Assembly (NCBI GenBank): GCA_051859245.1
Contig: JBHYGA010000001.1
Location: 192,001 to 256,000 of the forward strand
From: Gemmatimonadaceae bacterium
Lineage (GTDB): Bacteria; Gemmatimonadota; Gemmatimonadetes; Gemmatimonadales; Gemmatimonadaceae
Length of the DNA: 64,000 bases
Direction: 5' to 3'
Below, piece after piece: positions 51,309-61,046 of the stretch; the first letter of the stretch is position 1; every line of letters begins with the position of its first letter. The position numbers and the translations under genes are program-made. The notes below the pieces were generated by a model. The model ran no database searches and had not been told where the DNA came from. It saw only the letters and a list, made by a program, of their open reading frames with translations.

Positions 51309-52415
51309 ATGTCGATGCTCTCCCGTTCGCCGTCCACGCGCAATCGTGCGGCTCGCCCATCTTCGCTGTTTTGCTGGAGGACCACGGGCGCCGTTTCACG
51401 CATGCTCAGTCGCACGATGCTCGGCAGCACACTGCTCGGCACTACGCTGTTCGGCGGGCCACAGGCGCTCGGCGCGCAGGTGCCCGGGTTCAGCGGCACG
51501 CTCGTGGTTACGAATAAAACGCCCAACACCGCGACCATTATTGATGTCGCTTCGGGGCGTACGCTGGCCACGTTGCCTACGGGATTTGGTCCGCATGAAG
51601 TCGTGCTGGCCAGCGACGGCCGGACCGCGGTGGTCACGGATTATGGCACTGGTCCGCGACCGGGCAACACGCTCACCGTCATCGACGTTACTACCCAGTC
51701 CGTCGCGCGCACTATTCCGCTCGGGACGTATACGCGACCACATGGGATCGTTTTCTTGCCCGGTGATTCAACCGTGGCGGTGACATCTGAAGCGGCGCGT
51801 GCCGTGGTAGTGGTGCACGTGCGAACCGGTGCGATTGTGCGTGCGGCAATGACCGACAAAGCAGGCTCGCACATGGTCGGTGTTGCCGCCGACGGTGTGC
51901 AGGCGTGGACCGGCGACATGGGCAGCAACACGGTCACCGAACTCGATCTGCGCTCGGGCAAAGCCATGCGCAGCATTGATGTACCGGCCACGCCGGAAGC
52001 GATCAACGTGACGGCCGACGCCAGTGAAATCTGGGTCGGCAGCAACGCGACCGGGCGGATCAGCGTCGTGGACAACTACACGGGCGCCGTGGTGACGGCC
52101 GCTGAAGGATTTCAGTGGCCGTATCGTGTGTTGTTTTCGCGTGATGCCGAAACGGTCATGATTCCCGACTACCGCGGCGAAGAACTGCGATTCATTGCCC
52201 GTCGTAGTCGCGCCGAGTTGGGTCGTATGAAGTTCACCGGCGGCGGACCGCAGGGCATCGTCACTACGCCCGACGGTCGTTACGCGTTGCTGTCGTTAAG
52301 CCGTGAAGCCCGTGTTGCGGTGATCGATATCAAGGAGCGAAAGGTGGTGGGGCATATCGCGGCTGGCGAAACGCCGGACGGCATCGCGTATACCCCGACC
52401 GTGGTGACGCGTTAA
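51309..52415 (+). CDS. YncE/YVTN-type beta-propeller protein
   Basis: GPHEV, RPHGI, GSHMV, TPEAI, GPQGI, TPDGI repeats; start uncertain. Confidence 0.85.
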   Translation: MSMLSRSPSTRNRAARPSSLFCWRTTGAVSRMLSRTMLGSTLLGTTLFGGPQALGAQVPGFSGTLVVTNKTPNTATIIDVASGRTLATLPTGFGPHEVVLASDGRTAVVTDYGTGPRPGNTLTVIDVTTQSVARTIPLGTYTRPHGIVFLPGDSTVAVTSEAARAVVVVHVRTGAIVRAAMTDKAGSHMVGVAADGVQAWTGDMGSNTVTELDLRSGKAMRSIDVPATPEAINVTADASEIWVGSNATGRISVVDNYTGAVVTAAEGFQWPYRVLFSRDAETVMIPDYRGEELRFIARRSRAELGRMKFTGGGPQGIVTTPDGRYALLSLSREARVAVIDIKERKVVGHIAAGETPDGIAYTPTVVTR

Positions 52416-52429
52416 ACCGCACGGCGTGA

Positions 52430-53026
52430 TCAGTGTGCCACCGATTGCTGCATGAGCGCACGGGAGAGCTCCACCTTGGAACGGACGCCCAGTTTGCGGT
52501 ACACGTGTTCCGTGTGCCGGCGAGCCGTGTGGTAGGTGATCGACAGGGCCTCTGCGATCTTCTTGCTCGGCGCGCCGGCGGCCACCATCGACGCGACCTG
52601 ACGCTCGCGCTCGCTGAGACGCTCTCGCAGGATCGTTTCACGGTTGGCCATCTGGATGCCCTCGCGTACCACGATGGCGATAGGCCATTCGTGACGGGTG
52701 CGCACCGTATGCACGGCCCAGTGACTGCCGTCGAATGGGTCGGTGACACGGGTGATCACGCGCGGCGTGGCCTGCATGCGGGGGGCTTCGTCGGCGGCGA
52801 ACGCGGCGCGGGCCGCCTGACGGAAGCGATCCAGCATGGCGTCTCGGTCCTGGTGCTGGGCCAGCAGCGCGGTGGCGCCGGGTGACACGTGGAGCGTGGA
52901 CTCGGCGCGATCGAGGCACACAAACGGAATCTCGTAGCGCACGAGGATCTCCAGATCCGGATGCCACGTTTCAACGTCGTGCGCGGTTTTCAGTAGCGGC
53001 GATGGGCGATAGTTCGACTCAATCAT
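52430..53026 (-). CDS. LuxR-type HTH regulator without a receiver domain
   Basis: LSERERQVA...G...KKIA..L.I...T.R.H..HVYRKLGV; GGAGG RBS. Confidence 0.9.
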   Translation of the reverse strand: MIESNYRPSPLLKTAHDVETWHPDLEILVRYEIPFVCLDRAESTLHVSPGATALLAQHQDRDAMLDRFRQAARAAFAADEAPRMQATPRVITRVTDPFDGSHWAVHTVRTRHEWPIAIVVREGIQMANRETILRERLSERERQVASMVAAGAPSKKIAEALSITYHTARRHTEHVYRKLGVRSKVELSRALMQQSVAH

Positions 53027-53183
53027 ACGGCCTCCGGAGGGCAGCGGCGGGGAAGAAATCGGGGACGACCGGCGCGCCATTGCTGGCGGCGTGTCGCTTG
53101 TGCCCCTACCGTACCGCAGTCCCCTCAACTGGCTTTCGCGCGATTATCAATTCGACCGTCAACTTTCGACCAATTTTTCCAAG

Positions 53184-55646
53184 TTGCTGTCATTTCAGCT
53201 GTTCGGGTCACCACAGATGCGTCGCGACGGGGTTTCTCTGCATGGGAAAGCCTCGCAGAAGCGCAGGCTGGCGCTGCTCGCGCTACTCGCTGGGGCGCCG
53301 TCCCGTAGCGCTTCGCGCGATCGTCTGATCGGTGTGCTCTGGCCGGAGCGCGACGCCGCGCAAGCACGAAAACTATTGTCCGAATCGCTCTATGTGATCC
53401 GAAAAGAGTTCGGCGACGAACTGTTGGGCGCGTCTACGAGCGATGTGATCACGCTGAATAGCGACGCGCTGGAGTGCGACTACTGGCAATTCCAGGCGGC
53501 AATGGAGCGCGGCGATTTTTCCGAAGCTGCGGCACTCAGTGACGCGCCGCTGCTCGAAGGCCTCTTCCTTGATGATGCTGAAGAGTTTGAAAAGTGGCTT
53601 GATGGTGCGCGGAATCGAGTGGCTCGCGATCGGGAGAAGGCGCTCACGCACATCGCCGCCGAAGCGGAGTCGGCGGGTCGGTGGTTGGACGCGTCGCACG
53701 CCTGGCTGCGTTTGGTGCACGACGAACCGCTGAGCTCCCGCTTCGTGATGGCCGCCGCCGGCACGCTGGTAAAGGCAGGCGAGGCGCCGGCGGCGTTGCA
53801 GGCGCTCAGTGCCTTCGAGGATCGGTTACGGCGCGATATGGATGTGTCACCGGAGCCCGAGGTGCTCGCGCTTATGCGCCAGCTGCGCGCGGAACGTCCG
53901 GCGGCGGAAGTGCGCGTTGTAACGCCCAACTCGTCTTCCACCGTGCGGCCGCCACTCGTGCTGCCGGAGGCCCGTGCCGCTACGGAGCAGACGCCGGAGC
54001 GTACGGCAACGCGCGGGTGGCAGCGCTGGGTGACGGCCGCGGTGTTGGTGGTGGGTCTCATCATGGCGGGTGCGTGGTGGCGATCGGCGTCGGCTCCCGC
54101 CCAGCCCGCGTTCGACGCGCGACGTCTCGCCGTTTTGTACTTTCGCGACGGCAGCGCCGAGCAGGATCTCGCGCCCATCGCGGACCTCATCACGGAATCG
54201 GTCATCGAGCAGCTCGCGGGCTCGTCGGCGTTCGAGGTCATCCCGGTGAGCGGCGTGCGCCCGTTTCGCGATGCCACTATCGGCTTGGACAGCATTGTCC
54301 AACGACTTCGCGTGGGCAGTGTGATCGAGGGGTCCGTCCACCGCGCCACCGACGAACGACTGGTGGTGCGCGTACGCTTGATCGATTCGGAAAGTGGCGC
54401 CGTGGTGTTGTCGAGCGGTCTAGAGCGAAACGCGAACGAACTGTTCGCGCTTGAAGAAGATGTCGCGCGTGAACTGGCGCAGGGTATTCGGCAGCGTCTC
54501 GGTCGCGATGTGCGGCTCACACAGTTGCAGCGCGGCTCGAACAATGTGCGGGCGTGGCGGTTGGTAGCGCGCGGCGCACGTGAGCGTGAGGACGCGATGC
54601 GACTCATGTCCCAGCGTTCGTCTCGCGATTCCGTGGCGGCGTTCCGTGGGCTGCGCCGTGCCGATTCGCTCTTTGAGCAGGCGCAGATTGAAGATCGTGG
54701 CTGGACGCGTCCGGTGATTGAGCGGGCGTGGACTGCGTACGCCGCGTCGACGTTGCACGAAGGAGTCTCGCGCGTGCAGCTGCTGGATACTGCGATCAGC
54801 GAGATCTCGGCCTTGATTGACGGAAAGCGAGCGGACGCGGCGGCATTGCACGTACGCGGCACGCTGCGCTGGGCGCGCCTCAAATCATTGCCCCCGCCGT
54901 TGGACATGTCGCAGGTCTCGTCCGTTCTGCAAGAGCTTGAAACGGCGGTGGAACTGGATTCCACGATGGCGCGCGCGTGGAGCACACTCAGCAACGTGTA
55001 CTTGTTGCGTGGCGAAGTGGAACGGGCCGAGTCTGCGGGTCGACGTGCACTCGCGGTGGACGCCTACATTGAAGACGCACCCATGATTTATCGCAGTCTG
55101 GTGTCCACGTCGCTCTATCGCGGTGTGGTGGACAGTGCACGCGCGTGGTGCGCACGCGGCCAGCGCGACGATCCGCTCGACTGGTGGTTCACGGAGTGCG
55201 AACTCACGATCATGAAGTACGATCGGTCGGGCAGGGCCGACGAAGAACGTGCCTGGCGGCTGGTGGCGCGGTTGGATTCACTCGACCCACCCATGCTCGC
55301 CGCCTCGGCGGGCCATCGCTATTCGCCGGTGTATCGCCGTCTGGTGGCTGCCGCGATAAGTGCCCGTGCCGGCGATAAAGCACGCGCGCGTGCGGAGCTT
55401 GATCGGCAGCGCATGTTATCGGCGAACGATTCGTCGTTGTTGCTGGATCTTGTGCCCGAAGAAATCACGCTGTTGCTCGAGTTCGGTGAACGCGATGCCG
55501 CGCTCGAGCGCCTGCTGTGGGCAATTGAGCGACGGCCATTATTGCGCGGCGTGGTGGCCAACGATCCGATTCTGCAAACGTTCGTCGCCGATGTGCAGTC
55601 GGCCGACGGTGCGTCGCGCGCCACGTCGGTTCCGATCCGCCGCTAG
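53184..55646 (+). CDS. Membrane-anchored SARP/BTAD regulator with TolB-like and TPR regions
   Basis: LALLALL...SRDRLIGVLWPE, EEFEKWLD, EPLS, PEPE; TM WVTAAVLVVGLIMAGAWW; LAVLYF...IEGSV; TTG start inferred. Confidence 0.85.
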   Translation: MLSFQLFGSPQMRRDGVSLHGKASQKRRLALLALLAGAPSRSASRDRLIGVLWPERDAAQARKLLSESLYVIRKEFGDELLGASTSDVITLNSDALECDYWQFQAAMERGDFSEAAALSDAPLLEGLFLDDAEEFEKWLDGARNRVARDREKALTHIAAEAESAGRWLDASHAWLRLVHDEPLSSRFVMAAAGTLVKAGEAPAALQALSAFEDRLRRDMDVSPEPEVLALMRQLRAERPAAEVRVVTPNSSSTVRPPLVLPEARAATEQTPERTATRGWQRWVTAAVLVVGLIMAGAWWRSASAPAQPAFDARRLAVLYFRDGSAEQDLAPIADLITESVIEQLAGSSAFEVIPVSGVRPFRDATIGLDSIVQRLRVGSVIEGSVHRATDERLVVRVRLIDSESGAVVLSSGLERNANELFALEEDVARELAQGIRQRLGRDVRLTQLQRGSNNVRAWRLVARGAREREDAMRLMSQRSSRDSVAAFRGLRRADSLFEQAQIEDRGWTRPVIERAWTAYAASTLHEGVSRVQLLDTAISEISALIDGKRADAAALHVRGTLRWARLKSLPPPLDMSQVSSVLQELETAVELDSTMARAWSTLSNVYLLRGEVERAESAGRRALAVDAYIEDAPMIYRSLVSTSLYRGVVDSARAWCARGQRDDPLDWWFTECELTIMKYDRSGRADEERAWRLVARLDSLDPPMLAASAGHRYSPVYRRLVAAAISARAGDKARARAELDRQRMLSANDSSLLLDLVPEEITLLLEFGERDAALERLLWAIERRPLLRGVVANDPILQTFVADVQSADGASRATSVPIRR

Positions 55647-55654
55647 CCTGTCAG

Positions 55655-56137
55655 CTATTCGTCGCCAATCACATCGTAGATCGATGTGGGATAGTGAATG
55701 ATGCCCCACGTATTCTCGGGCGAGTCGTAGTAGCGCTTGATCAGCTGATCGTACTCGTTCACGGTAAGACGGCCCGCGTAGTATGGCAGCGCGAACTTTT
55801 CCACGGCTGATTCCGTCAGGAACACCGCGTCCACTTCACTCGCCTTGTACGTGCGTGTTTTCGCACCCTTGTTCGGCGTGGTGATCGTGATGATCGTCTC
55901 GCCTTCGCGTGCATGATTCATTGCACCGCGCCGAGCAGAATCGACGGTGAGCAGAATGTCTACTTTTTCTCCCGCGGCGCGGCGCGCATCGATCTCCGAG
56001 TTTGTGAGCACGTCGTACGTTGCGGCGTCGCCAGTACCAATGCGTACAATGGCTTGCAGTTCACCGCGTCGGCCGTCGGCCTTCTCACCGAGACGTCGGA
56101 GAAGATCGGCGGGGATTGGTGGAAAGTCGTTCTGCAT
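55655..56137 (-). CDS. Hypothetical protein
   Basis: Protein-like composition; DAVFLTESAVEKFALPYY segment. Confidence 0.75.
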   Translation of the reverse strand: MQNDFPPIPADLLRRLGEKADGRRGELQAIVRIGTGDAATYDVLTNSEIDARRAAGEKVDILLTVDSARRGAMNHAREGETIITITTPNKGAKTRTYKASEVDAVFLTESAVEKFALPYYAGRLTVNEYDQLIKRYYDSPENTWGIIHYPTSIYDVIGDE

Positions 56138-56339
56138 GGATCGGCTCTCGTGAGAATGGAGACGGGGTAGTGGATCGCAGCGTGGCGCGCGATTTGGAGA
56201 GTGTGTCGGGTGGCGAGCTGAACCACGCAACACAACGAGCATAGACGGTTCGTGGCGGGCCGTCTATAGGGCATTTGCCCAATTGATGTCACGCGCCGGG
56301 TACGACATCATGCGTGAGCCCCTTAACGAGGTCTTGCGT

Positions 56340-56720
56340 ATGTCGTCTCTTGGAGTTGGTCGGATCGTCTCAACGTTCGTACTGATGGCGGTCAGTTGCG
56401 CGTCGTACGACCCGTCGGTCGACGGTCGAGCGGAACAATGGCGCAACTGGTTTGAACGTCGACAGTTTGGTGAAGATCCCTATTTTTTCTTTCCGAGTGG
56501 CACGACCGGACCAACGGGCTGTCCCGCGAATGAGCGGCTGGCCTACGGCGGACGTGATTCCGTTGGTGTACAGCTCGAAGTGATCGATGATCGTGGTGCG
56601 CAGCCGCAGGTGCGCGCGAGATGTACCGTGCGTTTTGACGAGCTCGACGGTACGCCGGAAGTTCGGGCCCTGCCCGACGGGCGTGCAATGTGGGCGCTGC
56701 GCACACGGAGGACACCATGA
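56340..56720 (+). CDS. Hypothetical small lipoprotein
   Basis: GAGGT RBS; AVSC lipobox-like; two further Cys. Confidence 0.6.
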   Translation: MSSLGVGRIVSTFVLMAVSCASYDPSVDGRAEQWRNWFERRQFGEDPYFFFPSGTTGPTGCPANERLAYGGRDSVGVQLEVIDDRGAQPQVRARCTVRFDELDGTPEVRALPDGRAMWALRTRRTP

Positions 56721-56914
56721 CTCGGCGCGGCAAGGCACACAAGAGCATCGTCTACCAGTACTATCTGCACGAGGGCGAGCTGTCACAGCGCAGCGTACCG
56801 CGTCGATCGTCACGCGCGCGTGCGGAGACGCCTGAGAAACACGTTGCGCCGCCGCAGATTGAACCGGAAGTGCTGCCGCGCGTAGTTGACGACGATACGG
56901 ATCTGTTTATCTGA
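56717..56914 (+). CDS. Small hypothetical protein (65 aa)
   Basis: GGAGG RBS; ATGA overlap with the upstream stop. Confidence 0.65.
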   Translation: MTRRGKAHKSIVYQYYLHEGELSQRSVPRRSSRARAETPEKHVAPPQIEPEVLPRVVDDDTDLFI

Positions 56915-56943
56915 CACGCACATCGCGCGCGTCTGTGTGCGTG

Positions 56944-59900
56944 CTAGCGGTAGTTGTGCCCTTTCACAAAATCTTCACCGCTTTGTGCACGCAACGCACG
57001 AAACGTACGCGCGCGTACATTCACCACACGCCCTTCCACCTGCAGCGTGCCACGCACGAGCAGCAGGGGGGACCCGGAAATCACTTTGGCATCACGCTCA
57101 AAACGTTTGGGCGTAATGACCACGTTGATCATGCCGGTTTCGTCTTCGAGTGTGAGAAAGACAAAACCTTTGGCCGTACCCGGACGCTGTCGGCAGATCA
57201 CCAGTCCCGCGGTACCCACCGGTTCTCCATCGCGACCATCCTGCACCAGCTCACGCGCCGTTCGTATACCGTTCATGGTGAGCGCTTCGCGCACGTGTTT
57301 CATGGGATGACCCGCGAGTGACAGTCCGGTCATCTTGTAATCCGCCGCCGTGAGTTCTACCGCCGTAAGTGCAGGAACGCCCGCGGGCGCAGGCGTCATG
57401 CCTTGTGGCGCGAGTGGCCCGGCATCACCACGTTGCGCCGCGAGCAACTCCCACAACGCGACGCGACGTCTGCGCGCGGGTGGCTCATGCGCGAACAACT
57501 CGTCAAACGCACCGCTTTCCGCGAGTCGGGTCACGGATCCGCGGTCCAGTTGCACGCGTTGCACAAAATCCGTGACGCTGGTGAAGGGTCCATTGGCCAG
57601 TGCACGTTCGAGCTCAGTGCGGGCGCGTGAACCGAGCCCGCGTACGAGGCGCAGGCCGAGGCGGACGGCGGGTGGCGACTGTGGATTGGTGTTCGCATTG
57701 GTCTGCGGTTCTTTAGCGCGCCACGCCACCACCCCATCGTGCGGCACCAACACACGCCCGTCGGTGAGTTCGAGGGTGTGATCCCACGCGCTGCGCGTGA
57801 TATCGATCGCGCGTACTTCCACGCCGTGTCGTTTGGCGTCTTCGACCAGCGTGCCTGGCGAATAGAATCCCATGGGCTGCGCGTTCAGAATCGACGCGGT
57901 GAACTCGGCACCGTAGTAGTGACGCAGATACGCCGTGGCGTACACGATCAACGCAAAACTTGCCGCGTGACTCTCCGGAAATCCGTAGTCGGCAAACGCG
58001 TTGATCTGATTGTAAATGCGACGCGCAATGTCTTCGGCAATGCCGTTGCGCGCCATGCCGGCAATGAGCTGTTCACCAATGTCTGCCATACGCTCACGAC
58101 TGCGCTTGTGCCCCATGGCGCGGCGCAACACATCGGCCTGACCGGGAGTAAAACCCGCCGCTGCAATCGCCACCTGCATGCCCTGCTCCTGAAAGAGCGG
58201 AATGCCGAGTGTGCGTTTCAGTGCGTGTTCAACCGCCGGGTGCGGATACGTGATGGGTTCAAGTCCCGCACGACGGCGCAAATACGGATGCACCATGTCG
58301 CCTTGGATCGGTCCGGGTCGAATGAGTGCAACTTCAACAACCAGATCGTAAAAACAGCGCGGCTTGAGACGCGGCAACGTGTTCATTTGCGCGCGGCTCT
58401 CGACCTGGAACACACCAACGGTGTCCGCGGCGCAGAGCTGGTCGTACACCGCCTGGTCCGTCATGTCGAGTTGCGCGAGATCAATGTCAATGCCGCGCGT
58501 GTGTTTGAGATACAGCAGACAATCCTGCACCACCGTGAGCATGCCGAGTCCGAGCAAGTCGATTTTTACAAAGCCCACCGGATCAAGATCGTCTTTCTCC
58601 CATTGAATGACGGTGCGTCCCGGCATGCTGGCTGGTTCAATCGGCACAACACTGCCGAGGGGTTCGCGACTGAGCACGAAGCCGCCTACGTGGATGGAGC
58701 GATGGCGCGGTAGTTGATGCAGACCGGCGACCACGTTGGCGAGTACGGCGACGCGTGGGTCAGACGGGTCGAGGCCGACAGATTCGAGCAGTGGGTTGCT
58801 GGCGGTGCCGTTGGTGGGATTGGTGGTTGTGTTGTTGGTAGTGTTGGTTGTGCTATTGGTTGTGCTATTGGTTGTGCTGTTGGTTTTATTCGTTGCGTTG
58901 TCGGTTGTGTTGTTGGCACTGCTGTTGTTCGTGTCAGTTGCCGCACCGTCAGCTGCCACAAGACGCAGCTTGCGTGCGTCGTCATCCACCTGATTGGCCA
59001 GCCGCACCGCCTCGGTGCCGCTGATGAACTGTTGGCCGAGTCGCTGTACCAGAATGTCGCGCGGTGATGCACCACCGGCGGGGCCAACACGCGAGGCCAT
59101 GTCGGGGGAGAATGGATTGGCGAGCTGTTTCGCCTCATCGTTGTGCGCCGTGGCGGCAACCTTTGCAACGGCCTTCGCATCAGCGCGCGCAACTGCCTTT
59201 GCGGCCGCCTTGGCAACATGGCGTTCAGTTTCGCCGCGCCAATGATCGGTATTCACGCGCAGCGCAGCGCGGGCAATGGCACGTTCGTCGTCGCGCAAAT
59301 CCGGCGCGTGCTGACTGGTGGTGACTTCGTCTGCAAGACGTGGATCTGGCGCCAGACGATGCGCCGCCAGCTGCGCGTCGGACTGCGCGGCGTTGGCCGG
59401 TGCGTCTGTTTCTTCGTCACTTCCTTCATCACTTCCTTCATCACTGCCGTGCTCGACCCGCAGCGAGTTCGCGGTGGCTTTGGCACTGAACCGATCCGCA
59501 ACCGACGCCAGGGCTTCGCCCTGTTGCACACTGAAACCCAGCACGCGCGCCACATCACGCACGGCACTGCGTCCACGATAGGTGATCTGCTCACACACCA
59601 TGGCCGCGTGTTCACGCCCGTAACGTTCGTACACGTATTGCAGCACACGCTCGCGATCGCGATGCGCAAAATCAATGTCGATATCGGGTGGCTCCTGCCG
59701 GTCTTCGCTCAGGAACCGTTCAAACAGCAACTCCATGCGAATGGGATCAACGGCGGTAATACCCAGGCAATAACACACCGCGCTGTTCGCCGCCGAGCCG
59801 CGCCCCTGACAGAGAATGCCCTCGCGCCGCGCAAAGCGCACAATGTCCCACACAATCAGAAAGAACCCGGCCAGCCCGAGTTTGTTGATGAGTGCGAGTT

Positions 59901-60897
59901 CGTGCGCCAACTGCGCATCGTGTTTGGGTGTGCGACGGTCCGTGCCGGGCGCGCCCCAGCGTTCGGTCGCACCCTGCTCAAGCAGTTGTGCGAGATAGGT
60001 GTTGGCCGTCACGCCGGGTGGCAGCGGAAATGCCGGCAGCGCGGGACGCAGTTGTTGCAACCGAAATGCACAGCGTTCGGCAATCACCAGCGATTGCGCG
60101 AGCCCTGCTTCGTGTCCGCGCCACGTGACCGCGAGTTGCTCAGCACTCTTGAGATACCATTCGCCGTTGGGACGCAGCAGTGTGCCCATGGTATCCAGCG
60201 TTTGTTCATGACGCAGTGCGCTGAGCACATCGTGCACAATCCGTCCGTTGGGTTCTGCGTAATGCACGTTGTTGGTGACGACCCACGGTACACCAAGGGC
60301 GTGCGCGAGCGGCAACAGTCGACGCACGAGTTTGCGCTCTTCCGGCAGCCCATGGTCCCACACTTCCATGGCCACACGATCGTTGAAGATGTCGGTGAGC
60401 AGGCCGAGTGCGCGTCTGGCATCACGCATGCGCCCTTCACGCGCGAGTTGTGGCACCCAGCCGCGCGGGCAACCCGTGAGCGCAAACACACCCGCGGTAT
60501 GTTGCGCGAGTAGTTCAATCGAAACCGCCGGCTGTCCGCGAGGGCGATCCATGCGCGCGCGTGTGACGAGGGTGGAGAGATTGCCGTAGCCTTCGCGTGT
60601 TTCGGCGAGCAGGACAAGGTGTGTGTGTTGCGATGCAGGTGTCGTGGTGTCGCGTGCGGCGCCGCCTACATCAACCGTGAGCTCCACTCCCAGAATGCCA
60701 CCGAGTTCAACGGCCGCGGCGGCTTGGGCAAAGCGCACAATGCCGCCGAGTTCGTCGTGGTCGGTGATGGCGAGGGCTGGGTAGCCGAGTCCATGGGCGC
60801 GTTCCACGAGCGCCTCGGGCAGGGCCGCGCCGTCGAGCAGGGAGAAGGCCGAGTGGCAGTGCAGCTCGGCGTATTGTGGTGTGGAGTTCGGGGGCAC
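56944..60897 (-). CDS. dnaE2: Error-prone DNA polymerase III alpha (DnaE2/ImuC) with a large insertion
   Basis: YAELHCHSAFS, GRGSAANS, PPDIDIDF, QWEKDD, KIDLLGL, GFPESHAASF, C-terminal OB fold and GHNYR tail (SRDFR-like). Confidence 0.95.
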   Translation of the reverse strand: MPPNSTPQYAELHCHSAFSLLDGAALPEALVERAHGLGYPALAITDHDELGGIVRFAQAAAAVELGGILGVELTVDVGGAARDTTTPASQHTHLVLLAETREGYGNLSTLVTRARMDRPRGQPAVSIELLAQHTAGVFALTGCPRGWVPQLAREGRMRDARRALGLLTDIFNDRVAMEVWDHGLPEERKLVRRLLPLAHALGVPWVVTNNVHYAEPNGRIVHDVLSALRHEQTLDTMGTLLRPNGEWYLKSAEQLAVTWRGHEAGLAQSLVIAERCAFRLQQLRPALPAFPLPPGVTANTYLAQLLEQGATERWGAPGTDRRTPKHDAQLAHELALINKLGLAGFFLIVWDIVRFARREGILCQGRGSAANSAVCYCLGITAVDPIRMELLFERFLSEDRQEPPDIDIDFAHRDRERVLQYVYERYGREHAAMVCEQITYRGRSAVRDVARVLGFSVQQGEALASVADRFSAKATANSLRVEHGSDEGSDEGSDEETDAPANAAQSDAQLAAHRLAPDPRLADEVTTSQHAPDLRDDERAIARAALRVNTDHWRGETERHVAKAAAKAVARADAKAVAKVAATAHNDEAKQLANPFSPDMASRVGPAGGASPRDILVQRLGQQFISGTEAVRLANQVDDDARKLRLVAADGAATDTNNSSANNTTDNATNKTNSTTNSTTNSTTNTTNNTTTNPTNGTASNPLLESVGLDPSDPRVAVLANVVAGLHQLPRHRSIHVGGFVLSREPLGSVVPIEPASMPGRTVIQWEKDDLDPVGFVKIDLLGLGMLTVVQDCLLYLKHTRGIDIDLAQLDMTDQAVYDQLCAADTVGVFQVESRAQMNTLPRLKPRCFYDLVVEVALIRPGPIQGDMVHPYLRRRAGLEPITYPHPAVEHALKRTLGIPLFQEQGMQVAIAAAGFTPGQADVLRRAMGHKRSRERMADIGEQLIAGMARNGIAEDIARRIYNQINAFADYGFPESHAASFALIVYATAYLRHYYGAEFTASILNAQPMGFYSPGTLVEDAKRHGVEVRAIDITRSAWDHTLELTDGRVLVPHDGVVAWRAKEPQTNANTNPQSPPAVRLGLRLVRGLGSRARTELERALANGPFTSVTDFVQRVQLDRGSVTRLAESGAFDELFAHEPPARRRRVALWELLAAQRGDAGPLAPQGMTPAPAGVPALTAVELTAADYKMTGLSLAGHPMKHVREALTMNGIRTARELVQDGRDGEPVGTAGLVICRQRPGTAKGFVFLTLEDETGMINVVITPKRFERDAKVISGSPLLLVRGTLQVEGRVVNVRARTFRALRAQSGEDFVKGHNYR
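58805..58935 (-). repeat. 12-bp coding tandem repeat (Thr/Asn-rich) inside dnaE2
   Basis: TTGGTTGTGCTA units on +; encodes TNSTTNSTTNSTTNTTNNTTT. Confidence 0.85.
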
Positions 60898-60922
60898 GGA
60901 TCGGGTTCGTCGCAGGCTAAAA

Positions 60923-60939
60923 CCGAATATAACCCGAAT
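60923..60939. promoter_or_regulatory. Direct repeat upstream of dnaE2, candidate LexA site
   Basis: CCGAAT-ataac-CCGAAT, 11-bp period. Confidence 0.45.
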
Positions 60940-61046
60940 CTAGAGTCTGGTGCTATCCACCCACCGCCAGGGTTTCCGATCTCTGCGCGAGAAAGCACGG
61001 GTCACGGACCTTGATCAAAAGCGTGTTGCGGCTGTACAAGTAGCAT

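Noticed and set aside
53151..53171. TTCGACC direct repeat as a SARP site
   Set aside because: 14-bp period does not fit the 11/22-bp phasing known for SARP heptamers; only two copies.
53480..54994. Long antisense ORFs (also 59143..60513, 12575..13531, 57739..58713)
   Set aside because: They overlap well-supported genes, have no motifs, and are expected in GC-rich DNA.
58736..58993. Very hydrophobic + strand ORF
   Set aside because: Antisense shadow of the T/N repeat in dnaE2.
58790..59458. Intein in dnaE2
   Set aside because: No C/S start with His-Asn end and no LAGLIDADG-like motif; the insert is low-complexity.
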